From contig OZ247427.1 of assembly GCA_965232815.1 (NCBI GenBank), positions 724,846 to 788,845 of the forward strand: a stretch of DNA of 64,000 nt, given 5' to 3'. The notes beneath the pieces are model-generated. The model did no database searches. It was not told the DNA's origin and saw only the letters and a program-made list of their open reading frames with translations. Of this stretch, positions 28,855 through 37,277 are shown piece after piece. Source of the DNA: Dehalococcoidia bacterium (lineage in GTDB: Bacteria > Chloroflexota > Dehalococcoidia > Lucifugimonadales > UBA3495). A program made the position numbers and the translations under genes. The stretch's first letter is position 1, and each line of letters begins with the position of its first letter.

Positions 28855-29631
28855 ATGGATTTGACCCTCAACGGGAAGATAGCAATCATCACCGGCGGCA
28901 GCCGTGGACTGGGTCGCCAGTGCGCCCTGTCCCTGGGCAGGGAAGGCTGCGCGGTGGGCATCTGTGGGCGCGACGGCGACCAGGTGAGCCGCACCGTGGA
29001 AGAACTCAAGGGACTGGGCATCAAGGCCAGCGGCAGCCAGGCCGACGTCACCAACGATGGCGACGCCGCCCGCTTCCTCCAGGAGACCACCGACGCTTTG
29101 GGATCGCCGGACATCCTGGTGAACAACGTCGGCGGCCGTCGCGGATCCGTACTGTTCGACGAGACCCCGATGGAACTGTTCATGGAGGGGCTGGAGGTCA
29201 ACCTGATCTCGGCGGTGCGCATGGCCAAGCTGACGCTACCCCACATGCAGGCGCAGGGTTGGGGACGCGTCATCAACATCGCATCCATCTACGGCCGCGA
29301 GCACGGCGGTTCCGTGGACTACATGACCGGCAAGGCCGGCATGATCGCCTTCTCCAAGCACCTCGCACTGCAACTGGCCCAAACCGGAGTGCTGGTCAAC
29401 TGCGTCGCGCCCGGCAGTATCGACTTCCCCGGCAGCAGTTGGGACCGATTCCAGCAGAACAACACACCAGAGGTCGTGGCTGACTTCATCGACCGCAACC
29501 TGCCCATGGGCAAGTTCGGCTGGCCGGAACCCATAGGCGAAACGGTGGCGTTCCTGGCATCCGACCGCGCCAACCTGATCACCGGCGCGTGCATCAACGT
29601 GGACGGCGGGCAGTCCAAGTCGCTGTTCTAG
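28855..29631 (+). CDS. SDR-family oxidoreductase (FabG-like)
   Basis: KIAIITGGSRGLG (TGxxxGxG), NNVG, and a Y-x3-K region (..DYMTGKAGMIAF..). GGGAGG lies 7 nt upstream of ATG 28855, so the ORF-track start 28834 is less likely. Confidence 0.85.
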   Translation: MDLTLNGKIAIITGGSRGLGRQCALSLGREGCAVGICGRDGDQVSRTVEELKGLGIKASGSQADVTNDGDAARFLQETTDALGSPDILVNNVGGRRGSVLFDETPMELFMEGLEVNLISAVRMAKLTLPHMQAQGWGRVINIASIYGREHGGSVDYMTGKAGMIAFSKHLALQLAQTGVLVNCVAPGSIDFPGSSWDRFQQNNTPEVVADFIDRNLPMGKFGWPEPIGETVAFLASDRANLITGACINVDGGQSKSLF

Positions 29632-29632
29632 G

Positions 29633-29926
29633 TTGACGACAATGGCGGACTTGGAAACAAAATTCCATCAGGAGATGCTCCGGATATACGATGAGGCGGT
29701 TAAGCTCCGGTATCATCCGACACGCTTCTTGCAAATGGTCGAAGAACACGGCGGTCGCGAAGCGGCGAAGCGACTTCTGGCAGGAGATACTCTGTCCAGT
29801 GGTTTTGTGCGCTTGTTCGAACTCGGTAGGACAGACCTGACGGTCGAATCGTTGGTCTTGAAAGAACCGTGGACCCAATTGTTCACGGACGATGAATTGA
29901 GCGAAGCGGAGCGTCGGCTCGCCTGA
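29633..29926 (+). CDS. Hypothetical 97-aa protein (conserved-looking small helical protein)
   Basis: It starts 1 nt (TTG 29633) or 10 nt (ATG 29642) after the SDR stop. The product reads ..KFHQEMLRIYDEAVKLRYHPTRFLQMVEEHGGREAAKRLL..GRTDLTVESLVL..LFTDDELSEAERRL. GC is lower (48 per 100 nt at 29651-29750). Confidence 0.5.
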   Translation: MTTMADLETKFHQEMLRIYDEAVKLRYHPTRFLQMVEEHGGREAAKRLLAGDTLSSGFVRLFELGRTDLTVESLVLKEPWTQLFTDDELSEAERRLA

Positions 29927-30044
29927 ATTCCGGCGTACCCAGGCTTGGGTTCGTCAAATTGCGCTGCATTGGCAGGGGCGGGTTTTGCAACCCGCCTCAA
30001 TATCATCGGATAAATGCAATCCATTGACCCGAAGGAATCAAAAC

Positions 30045-30575
30045 ATGACCATCACCAATACAACATCATCGATTGCCCATTTGGTGGAGCCATATATCCA
30101 CCGGGGAAATTTCGCCCTATCGTCCGGCGAGGCCGTCGAGTGGTACATCGACGGGCGTTCGTTCATGCTGGACAGTCGCAACGCGGCGGTAGCAGGTAAG
30201 GCGCTGGTCAGCCTGCTCGACCCTGATCTGACGTGCGTGGGCGGGCCGGCCACGGCGGCGATCCCAGTGGTAGCCGCGATCATCCATCAATCGCCGCAGC
30301 CACGCCAGGGTTTCTACGTGAGGCCCACCGCCAAGGACTACGGGATGCTCAACCGCATCGAGGGCAACCTGGCGCCCGAAGTGGCCATCGTTGACGATAC
30401 CTGCTTCTCAGGCGAAAGCATCCTTGCCGCGATCGACGCGGTGGAACAGGCCGGCAGCACCGTCCGGCAGGTGCTGGCTGTGTTCGACCGGGACCACGGG
30501 GGAGCGGCCATCCGCGCCGCGGGATACCGCTACAACTACGTTCTCCAATTGGAAGACGGCAATCCGGTATGTTGA
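30045..30575 (+). CDS. Type I phosphoribosyltransferase, orotate-PRTase-like
   Basis: GNFALSSGEAVEWYIDGR (PyrE-like N-terminus) and the PRPP loop VAIVDDTCFSGESILAAI. GAAGGAA lies 7 nt upstream of ATG 30045. Confidence 0.7.
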   Translation: MTITNTTSSIAHLVEPYIHRGNFALSSGEAVEWYIDGRSFMLDSRNAAVAGKALVSLLDPDLTCVGGPATAAIPVVAAIIHQSPQPRQGFYVRPTAKDYGMLNRIEGNLAPEVAIVDDTCFSGESILAAIDAVEQAGSTVRQVLAVFDRDHGGAAIRAAGYRYNYVLQLEDGNPVC

Positions 30576-30620
30576 CGACGGGCGCTTCTATGGAACGCCG
30601 GCCGGATTATCCCGCTCCGA

Positions 30621-31442
30621 TCAGCTAGCCGGCTGATGCACCGTCCCCACGAATTCCTGCCACGCCAGCACGCACTCCGCCGGCGCTGAGTGCTGCACGT
30701 ACCCGCCGGCTCCAGGGATCCGAGCCAGCGTGCAGTTGGGCATCAGATCGGCCTGACCCTGCGCCCGGTCCGGTATATCGCCCTCGCTGAGTTCACCCAC
30801 CATCGCCAGCGCGGGAGTCTGGATGGTCGGCAGCTTTTCGGAAAGATTCTGGGTTCCCAGGTAGGCCAGCGTTTCCAGCACCACGTGGCTGGCGGTCTGT
30901 CCCATCTGCTGGATGTACCATTCGTGATGCCCGGGCGCGGCGTCCGCGCTGACCCGCCGGCCGCCGGTGGCGCGTGCCCAGCCTTCCACGCCTTCCTCAG
31001 ACACCAGCCGGTAGTAGTTCTGGTACGTGTCCACGCCGGTGAAGTTGTACGGCGACGTGCAGGTGGTTACCGTGTGCAGACGCTCCGGATACTGGTAGGC
31101 GAACTGCAGCGCGATGGTGCCGCCGATGGTCTCGCCAATCAGGTGCACCTTCTCGATTCCCAGGTGGTCCAGCAGGTTTTTCAGGTCACCGGTGAATCCC
31201 TCCAGCGACCAGTTATACCCGGGCTCAGGGACGGTGGAGCGACCGAATCCGCGGGCGTCCACACGGATCACGCGGTATTGCCGTGCCAGCAGCGGCGGCC
31301 AGGCGTACCAGAGCCGGCCGTTCTTGGCGTTGCCGTGGTGCAGGACGATGGTTTCGACCGTCTCCGGATCGCGCCAGGGATCGGTGAAATTATCGTCGTC
31401 GTAGTACATCTCCAGGTTGTCGGCAAGCGGCGCGGTGGGCAT
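30621..31442 (-). CDS. Alpha/beta-hydrolase-fold protein (atypical GETIG nucleophile elbow)
   Basis: ..VLHHGNAKNGRLWYAWPPLLARQYRVIRVDARGFGRS.. and ..KVHLIGETIGGTIALQFA... AAGGAGG lies 5 nt upstream of ATG 31442. Confidence 0.7.
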   Translation of the reverse strand: MPTAPLADNLEMYYDDDNFTDPWRDPETVETIVLHHGNAKNGRLWYAWPPLLARQYRVIRVDARGFGRSTVPEPGYNWSLEGFTGDLKNLLDHLGIEKVHLIGETIGGTIALQFAYQYPERLHTVTTCTSPYNFTGVDTYQNYYRLVSEEGVEGWARATGGRRVSADAAPGHHEWYIQQMGQTASHVVLETLAYLGTQNLSEKLPTIQTPALAMVGELSEGDIPDRAQGQADLMPNCTLARIPGAGGYVQHSAPAECVLAWQEFVGTVHQPAS

Positions 31443-31518
31443 GATGGCCTCCTTATGAATGGCCGAGATACGGCATCGTAGGGGCGAACCAGTATTCGCC
31501 CTTGCACGTGAACATTCG

Positions 31519-31896
31519 TCACACCCCTGATCCGCCACCGGGTGTCTGGTCCGTCAGCGGAATCTGGACGCTGACCCGGTCGACGTCACCGACGCTGCGC
31601 GTGGTATGCCCCCGCCCGGTCAGGTCCTCGCAAAGCTCGATATCACCCACGTTGAAGATGCGCTTGGTGCCGTCGCCCAGGCCAATCTCCACCTGCCCTT
31701 GCAGCGTGATGACGTACTGGCGTCGAGGCGCGGTGTGAAAGTCCACCAGTTGGGTGGGCTTGAGGCTACTGAACTGCACGCCAATCGCATCCTGCATCGC
31801 AGTGCGCAGGGCGTGGCCCATCTGCTCGAAGGGCAACTCCATGTCCTCGATATGGGATTCGCCGTCCTCGCCCGTATAAATCCTGACTACCTGCAT
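31519..31896 (-). CDS. Cupin-like small protein
   Basis: 125 aa, beta-rich, with ..DFHTAPRRQYVITLQGQVEIGLGDGTKRIFNVGDI... It is tentatively cupin-fold. Confidence 0.45.
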   Translation of the reverse strand: MQVVRIYTGEDGESHIEDMELPFEQMGHALRTAMQDAIGVQFSSLKPTQLVDFHTAPRRQYVITLQGQVEIGLGDGTKRIFNVGDIELCEDLTGRGHTTRSVGDVDRVSVQIPLTDQTPGGGSGV

Positions 31897-32137
31897 CTGT
31901 CCAAACCTCCGGTAGGATCCCGAGTGCCCCCATCATAGCACCTGCGTCGTTGCGTCAAAGGATTTGCGATTCTCGGTATTGGATTGCCCAAGGCTCCGGC
32001 ACATCCGAGACTCTGAAACCACGATGTATCCGATTCACACGCCGCGTTGCCGGCTGGTCGGGCTATACCTCAACCACGCGTGATAGACTCCTCACGGATG
32101 CTGGAACCGCGTATCACTCGGACCGGAGGATGAGGGT

Positions 32138-32578
32138 ATGGAAATTGGGGAAACTACCAGGAAACTCCTGGCCGCCAAGAGGGCCAAGGGACTGAGCTTT
32201 GCCGATTTGGGAGAGGCGATTGGCCGGGATGAGGTCTGGGTCGCGGCGCTGCTCTATCGTCAGGCCAGCGCGTCCGCTGAGGAAGCCAGTTACGTTGCCG
32301 CCGAGTTGGGACTTGATCCCGAGGTGGCCGACGAGCTGACCGAGCCGCCGTCGAAAGGCCTGGGTCCGGTCGTTCCCACCGACCCCCTCATATACCGGTT
32401 CTACGAAATAATGCAGGTGTACGGCATGCCGCTGAAGGACATCATCCACGAGAAGTTCGGCGACGGCATCATGAGCGCGATTGACTTCACCCTCAAAGTG
32501 GACAAAGAGGAAGACCCATACGGCGACCGTGTGCGCGTGACGATGTCGGGGAAGTTCTTGCCCTACAAACGGTGGTAG
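32138..32578 (+). CDS. cynS: Cyanate hydratase (cyanase)
   Basis: ..[27 protein letters not shown].., ..[37 protein letters not shown]......[18 protein letters not shown] is the canonical CynS sequence. Confidence 0.95.
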   Translation: MEIGETTRKLLAAKRAKGLSFADLGEAIGRDEVWVAALLYRQASASAEEASYVAAELGLDPEVADELTEPPSKGLGPVVPTDPLIYRFYEIMQVYGMPLKDIIHEKFGDGIMSAIDFTLKVDKEEDPYGDRVRVTMSGKFLPYKRW

Positions 32579-32603
32579 CGCCTACGTCCCTCGGGATGCC
32601 ACA

Positions 32604-32641
32604 GGGGCGGAGCAGTAGCATGCGCCGCCCTCATGCTTTTT
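32604..32641 (+). terminator. Rho-independent terminator after cynS
   Basis: Two stems are possible: GGGCGG..CCGCCC, or AGCATG-cgccgccct-CATGCT. A TTTTT run at 32637-32641 follows immediately. Confidence 0.55.
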
Positions 32642-32814
32642 CGCGAACCGCTGCACCTTGAGTTCACTCCGCCACCGCAGCCTTCATCGCTTGACAGTTG
32701 CTGCCAGCGACCACAGCCAGGTGTCGTACGGTTGGTTGACACTCCCGACGCTCACGTGCAGATGGTTCCAGGGTTCTTGTTGGTTTTCCCTTGACCGATC
32801 AAACGGGTGATCGA

Positions 32815-33486
32815 TCAAACCGGTCTCGCAGTGGTGCGCCCCGTCTGGCAAACATCGAGCAGGCAGCAACCATCGCAGCGCGGCGTGTTCTTGGTGCACG
32901 CTTCCTTGTGGTGGCAGTCCAGCAGCGCGTGGTACTCATTGTACACATGGATATCCGCAGGCACGCCGGCGTGAAACATCGCCTGCCAGGCGTCGTAGTT
33001 GTCCCTGCCATCCGGCACAATTCCCACCCGCCGCATGATGCGGATGGTGTACGCGTCGATCACGAACGAGGGTTTGCCCGCCGCGTATACCAGGATGTCG
33101 TCGGCGGTTTCCGGCCCAATTCCGTGGATGCCCAGCAGTTCTTCACGCAACGCTGCGGTATCCCCCGCGAACATGGCGTCCAGGCTGCCGTTGTATTCCA
33201 CGCACACGTGGGCCGCAAAAGCCTTCAGTTTCCGCGCCTTGGCGTTGTAGTAGCCCGACGGACGCACCAACTCGGCCAGCGCTTCCACCTCCATTGCGTG
33301 CACGGCCGGCCAGCCGTCGATGCCGGCCGTCCGAAGGTTCGTCAGGGCAAGTTCCACGTTGCGCCATGCTGCCGCCTGGGTCAGGATGGCCCCGGCTATC
33401 ATCTCGAACCGGCTATCGCCCGGCCACCAACCCTGTGGCCCATAGGCATCCAGCAGACGGCGATAGATGTCCATCAACGGATTCAC
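32815..33486 (-). CDS. Endonuclease III-related HhH-GPD DNA glycosylase family protein
   Basis: ..IAGAILTQAAAWRNV.., ..LLGIHGIGPETADDILVYA.. (HhH) and a C-terminal C-x6-C-x2-C-x5-C FeS cluster (CTKNTPRCDGCCLLDVC). Confidence 0.75.
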   Translation of the reverse strand: MNPLMDIYRRLLDAYGPQGWWPGDSRFEMIAGAILTQAAAWRNVELALTNLRTAGIDGWPAVHAMEVEALAELVRPSGYYNAKARKLKAFAAHVCVEYNGSLDAMFAGDTAALREELLGIHGIGPETADDILVYAAGKPSFVIDAYTIRIMRRVGIVPDGRDNYDAWQAMFHAGVPADIHVYNEYHALLDCHHKEACTKNTPRCDGCCLLDVCQTGRTTARPV

Positions 33487-34217
33487 AAGCGAACCGGTAT
33501 CGACTCCGAGAGTTCTATCCTCCGCTCGTCCACGCGGCAGCGGTAGGCCCAGACCTCGACGCCTCTACCCACTGCCGCTCTGAGTGTCTCCCCCAGCAAC
33601 GGATCAGCGGTGTCATGGGGCGCGAACGCCTCGGCGTCGTCGCGCTGGATCACGAAAATCACGCCGGCCCGGTACCCCGCGTCCATGGCCGCCATCAGGC
33701 TGCGCAGGTGTTTCACGCCTCGCAGCGTGGGCGCGTCGGGGAACAGCCCAACGCCGTCCTCGACCAGCGTGACCGACTTGGTCTCTACGTAGCACGATCC
33801 CGCCGGTCCCTCCAGCAGGAAGTCCAGGCGGCTTTCGCCAAACGTGCTTTCGGGACGCACCCCGGGATACGCGGCGAACTGCGGCAACCGCCCAGCCGCG
33901 ATCGCCTCCGCCACCAACTTGTTGGGCAACCGCGCATCCGCCGACGACAACGTGGTGCCGATGTCCACCAGCGCCAGATCAAAGGCCGTCTTGCGAGTCG
34001 TGCCCTTGGGGGCCGGAATCAGCAGCACTCGAAAACCGGGCACCAGCAATTCCTCCATGCGGCCCGAATTGGGGACGTGGGTCAGGCATTCCCGCTTGTC
34101 AATGTCCACCAGCGCGGCGAAGCGGTTCAGTCGTTTGATAAAGCGGCCCTCAACCATGGGAGGAAACTGCACGACACGCTCCGGGTCAATATCGGTGATG
34201 CGAAGGAATGTCACCAT
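33483..34217 (-). CDS. sfsA: Sugar fermentation stimulation protein SfsA (nuclease-fold DNA-binding protein)
   Basis: ..EGRFIKRLNRFAALVDI......THVPNSGRM.ELL.PG..V...........RKT..DL........L...DARLPN.L.., ..VETKSVTL......LFPDAPT.RG.KHL. The inner ATG 34217 gives a family-typical length. There is a 4-nt overlap with the nth-like start. Confidence 0.85.
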   Translation of the reverse strand: MVTFLRITDIDPERVVQFPPMVEGRFIKRLNRFAALVDIDKRECLTHVPNSGRMEELLVPGFRVLLIPAPKGTTRKTAFDLALVDIGTTLSSADARLPNKLVAEAIAAGRLPQFAAYPGVRPESTFGESRLDFLLEGPAGSCYVETKSVTLVEDGVGLFPDAPTLRGVKHLRSLMAAMDAGYRAGVIFVIQRDDAEAFAPHDTADPLLGETLRAAVGRGVEVWAYRCRVDERRIELSESIPVRL

Positions 34218-34410
34218 GGTAGCAATGGTCAATCCGGTGGCGCAACGAAACACAACCCGCCCGGAATGCTGCCTTGCAAACATCAAGCGCGCTCTGAGAG
34301 TGTTTGCGGAATCCGGCCTTTTGCGCGATGATGTGGCCGCGACCTTCATCCACACTTGGCGACATCCACCCACCGACACTCCCCCAACACCGGATCCCAG
34401 GAGACAGACT

Positions 34411-35346
34411 ATGACCGCAACCGTCTTGCGTACCGCCGTCGGAAACTACGGCCACACCACACCGCTGAAGGATGGCACCGTTTCGTCGGATTCGTTCGGA
34501 ATGGAGCACATCGAGGTTTCGCCCGTGACCAGCATCTTCCGGCGCATGGTGCGGGAGCTGGAGTTCGACGTCGCCGAGATGGCCCTGTCCACTTACCTGT
34601 GCGCCCGGGCTCACGGCAAGCAGTTCACTGGCATACCGATTTTCCTGACCCGCGCTTTCTACCACGGCGGCCTGCTGGTCAACCGGCAAAGCGGTATCGA
34701 AACGCCCAAAGACCTGGAGGGCAAGCGCGTTGGTGTCCGCAGCTACACGCTGACACCGGGAGTCTGGACCCGCGGCCTGCTGCAAACCGAGTATGGCGTG
34801 GACCTGGACGCGGTGACCTGGGTGCTTTCCGGCGACGAGCACGTCGCGGAATACGTCGCGCCGTCCAACGTGGTCTCATCCTCCAACAGCAACCTGGCCG
34901 AGATGCTGGTATCGGGCGAGATAGACGCCGCCGTCGGCGCCGGCGCGGTGGATTCGCCGGACATCGTGCCGCTCTTCAACGGAGCCGACGATGCCGACGC
35001 AGCCTGGCACCGCAAGACCGGAATCTATCCCATCAGCCACATGGTCGTGGTCAAGAACGCTGCCCTCGAGGCCAACTCAGAACTGGCGCAGGAACTGTGT
35101 TCAACCTTCAAAACGGCCAAGAGTCTCTACATGGAGCGGTTCCAGTCCGGCGACGCCAACGATAGCGCCGACCGCGCGCTGCAAAAGATGGCCGAAGTGG
35201 TGGGTGATGACCCCATACCCTACGGTGTCGAGAGTTCCCGCAAGACGCTGCAGACCTTCGTCGGTTTCAACGTTGACCAGAAGGTCATCCCGCAGCATGT
35301 GGACGTGGAGGAGTTGTTCCCCGCCGCAACGCTGGCGGCGCTGTGA
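34411..35346 (+). CDS. 4,5-dihydroxyphthalate-decarboxylase-like / periplasmic-binding-protein-fold enzyme, no signal peptide
   Basis: The true start is ATG 34411 with AGGAGA 7 nt upstream. The product reads ..VGNYGHTTPLKDGTV.......E...VSP..SIFRRMVRELEFDVAEMALSTYL.AR......FTGIPIFLTRAFYHG...V......TPKDLEGKRVGVRSYTLTPGVWTRGLLQTEYGVDL..VTWV. The N-terminal 189 aa of ORF 33844..35346 are antisense to sfsA and are discarded. Confidence 0.55.
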   Translation: MTATVLRTAVGNYGHTTPLKDGTVSSDSFGMEHIEVSPVTSIFRRMVRELEFDVAEMALSTYLCARAHGKQFTGIPIFLTRAFYHGGLLVNRQSGIETPKDLEGKRVGVRSYTLTPGVWTRGLLQTEYGVDLDAVTWVLSGDEHVAEYVAPSNVVSSSNSNLAEMLVSGEIDAAVGAGAVDSPDIVPLFNGADDADAAWHRKTGIYPISHMVVVKNAALEANSELAQELCSTFKTAKSLYMERFQSGDANDSADRALQKMAEVVGDDPIPYGVESSRKTLQTFVGFNVDQKVIPQHVDVEELFPAATLAAL

Positions 35347-35350
35347 ACCT

Positions 35351-36238
35351 TTACACCGCCACCGCATCCTCGTAGGAAACGTGCCCCACCTGGTCCTGGG
35401 GGAATATCTTCCAGTCCAGCATCCACCGGTGCGTCCGCTCGAACATCTCCCGGGTGTAGGTCTCGAACACGATCCGTTCGCCCGTGCCGGCCTTCCTGTA
35501 GTCAAACATGGAGTGGTACTGCTCGGGTAGTTCCTTGAGGAAGTAGTGCTGGTACTTTTCCTTAGCCGTGTCGATCTCGACCTGAGCCCGTTGCAGCGCG
35601 CGGAAGTACGCCCGGATCTGGTCGTTGGAGGCATCGCCGTTGATCAGGAACCCGATCATGAAGCTGGTTTCCAGGATCTTGCGGAAACCCTGCTGCTCCA
35701 GCACATAGCCGGGCGCGCCGAAGACGTTGGCGGCCTCCACTCGCCGGTCCAGCGCCAACTGCATTCGCTCCCGGGGGTTGCCCACAAACTGGAGGTTGAT
35801 CTGCTCGGGAGACAGGACGCTTTGCAACGCCTGCAACCCGGAGAAGTGACTGCCCGAGTGGAACCCGACGGCCACTCCCACACCGGCCAAATCCTCTGGA
35901 TCCCGGAGCGGCGATTCAGGCGCGACCCAGATGGCGCTGGGCGTGATCGAGTACGCATGGCCCCACATCCGTCCGTGCGCCGCGCTGGCCGCCATGGTTA
36001 CCGCCCAATGGCACGCCGAACTGACCTCGCAGGCACGGCCCGCCTCCATGGACTCGAATGCGCCGCGCTTGATCTCGGTGGGCGCGCCTTCAGCCGAGTC
36101 CACCGAGGGGTTGAGCGCCCCGCCCAGCGCGTTGGACGGCACGAACTCATAGTCCAATCCCTCCTCGCCAAAGAAGCCCTTCTCTTCGGCAACCCACTCC
36201 TGCAGCCTTCCGTGGGGAACGATACGGAATTTGGACAT
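35351..36238 (-). CDS. NMT1/THI5-like binding-protein-fold protein, no signal peptide
   Basis: The start is at MSKFRIVPHGRLQEWVAEEKGFFGEEGLDYEFV... It has a type-2 binding-protein-like pattern and no N-terminal hydrophobic segment. Confidence 0.5.
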   Translation of the reverse strand: MSKFRIVPHGRLQEWVAEEKGFFGEEGLDYEFVPSNALGGALNPSVDSAEGAPTEIKRGAFESMEAGRACEVSSACHWAVTMAASAAHGRMWGHAYSITPSAIWVAPESPLRDPEDLAGVGVAVGFHSGSHFSGLQALQSVLSPEQINLQFVGNPRERMQLALDRRVEAANVFGAPGYVLEQQGFRKILETSFMIGFLINGDASNDQIRAYFRALQRAQVEIDTAKEKYQHYFLKELPEQYHSMFDYRKAGTGERIVFETYTREMFERTHRWMLDWKIFPQDQVGHVSYEDAVAV

Positions 36239-36357
36239 TGCGGGCCTCCAGATCGACGGTTTCGTGCCCGCATTGTCCACCATCGCGCCACTTGTATCAA
36301 CTCACCGTGGACAATATCATTGCAGCCGATTCAACCAACGTCGTAAGGTGCCGATTC

Positions 36358-37275
36358 ATGGTCAAGTTTTCCTTCCGTCTCCCCAACGCCGACTACCTCG
36401 GTTTCCCGGCCACCACCGATGCCATTCTCCAAACCGCCCTCAAGGCCGAAGAGGCCGAGTTCGACGCGCTCTTCGTAAATGACCACGTGATTGTGGACGA
36501 CGGAGCACGCAGCGAGCCCTGGCGTAACGTGTACGACCCCTTCATGACCCTGGCCTACGTGGCAGCGCGAACCTCGCGGATTCGGTTGGGCACCTCGGTG
36601 CTGATCATGCCCTACCGGAACCCCGTCGTAACCGCCAAAATGGTGGCGACCCTGGACCAATTGTCCAACGGACGCGCCATCGTCGGCGTGGGATCGGGCT
36701 GGAACGAGACCGAGTATGCCGCGCTGGGCGTGCCTCGCAACGAACGTGGCGCGCGCACCAACGAGTACCTGCGCCTCTGGAAGGCGTGCTGGGAGCCTGA
36801 CCCAGTGTCCTTCAACGGCCGGTTCTTCTCCTTCGACGGCCTGCACACCAGCCCCAAGCCGGTGCAGCAGCCCCACCCGCCCATCTGGATCGGCGGGTCC
36901 AGCCATGCCTCCCTGCGGCGGGCCGCCCGCTTCGCCGAGGTGTGGCAGCCGACACCGACGCCGCTGCCCACCCTGGTCAGCAACTCGCAGTACCTCAACG
37001 ACGTGTCCGCCGAGATCGGGCGCGAGGAGCCGCCCCGGGTGCGCATGAGTTTCAGGGTCATCGTCAGCGGCATCACCGGCGTCTCCGCCTCTGGGAGCGA
37101 CCGTCCGCCGGGTCTGGGCACCCCGGAGCAGATCGCCTCGGACATCAACCGCTACCGACAGGAGGCCGGGCTCGAGGAGTTCCAGCTCAACTGCCACGAG
37201 TGCGGCAGCGTGCAGCAACTGTTGGACACCATCGACGCGCTGACCCAGGAAATAATTCCCAAGGTGGATGCTTAG
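36358..37275 (+). CDS. LLM-class oxidoreductase (F420-dependent-type subfamily likely)
   Basis: The inner ATG 36358 gives MVKFSFRLPN...AEEAEFDALFVNDHV.., ..RIRLGTSVLIMPYRNPVVTAKMVATLDQLSNGRAIVGVGSGW...EY.ALG...ERG.R..EYL.. Confidence 0.75.
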   Translation: MVKFSFRLPNADYLGFPATTDAILQTALKAEEAEFDALFVNDHVIVDDGARSEPWRNVYDPFMTLAYVAARTSRIRLGTSVLIMPYRNPVVTAKMVATLDQLSNGRAIVGVGSGWNETEYAALGVPRNERGARTNEYLRLWKACWEPDPVSFNGRFFSFDGLHTSPKPVQQPHPPIWIGGSSHASLRRAARFAEVWQPTPTPLPTLVSNSQYLNDVSAEIGREEPPRVRMSFRVIVSGITGVSASGSDRPPGLGTPEQIASDINRYRQEAGLEEFQLNCHECGSVQQLLDTIDALTQEIIPKVDA

Positions 37276-37277
37276 TC

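Noticed and set aside
32796-32820. Direct repeat CGATCAAAC (32796-32804 and 32812-32820)
   Set aside because: It is only 9 bp in two copies and overlaps the 3' end of the nth-like gene. That is compatible with chance, and no mobile-element features are nearby.
33844-34410. N-terminal 189 aa of the 500-aa ORF 33844..35346
   Set aside because: This part is antisense to sfsA and low-complexity. The recognisable protein starts at ATG 34411 behind an AGGAGA Shine-Dalgarno. Similar over-extensions were trimmed at 36238..36357, 36942..37277, 38510..38566, 13472..13825 and 52886..53344.
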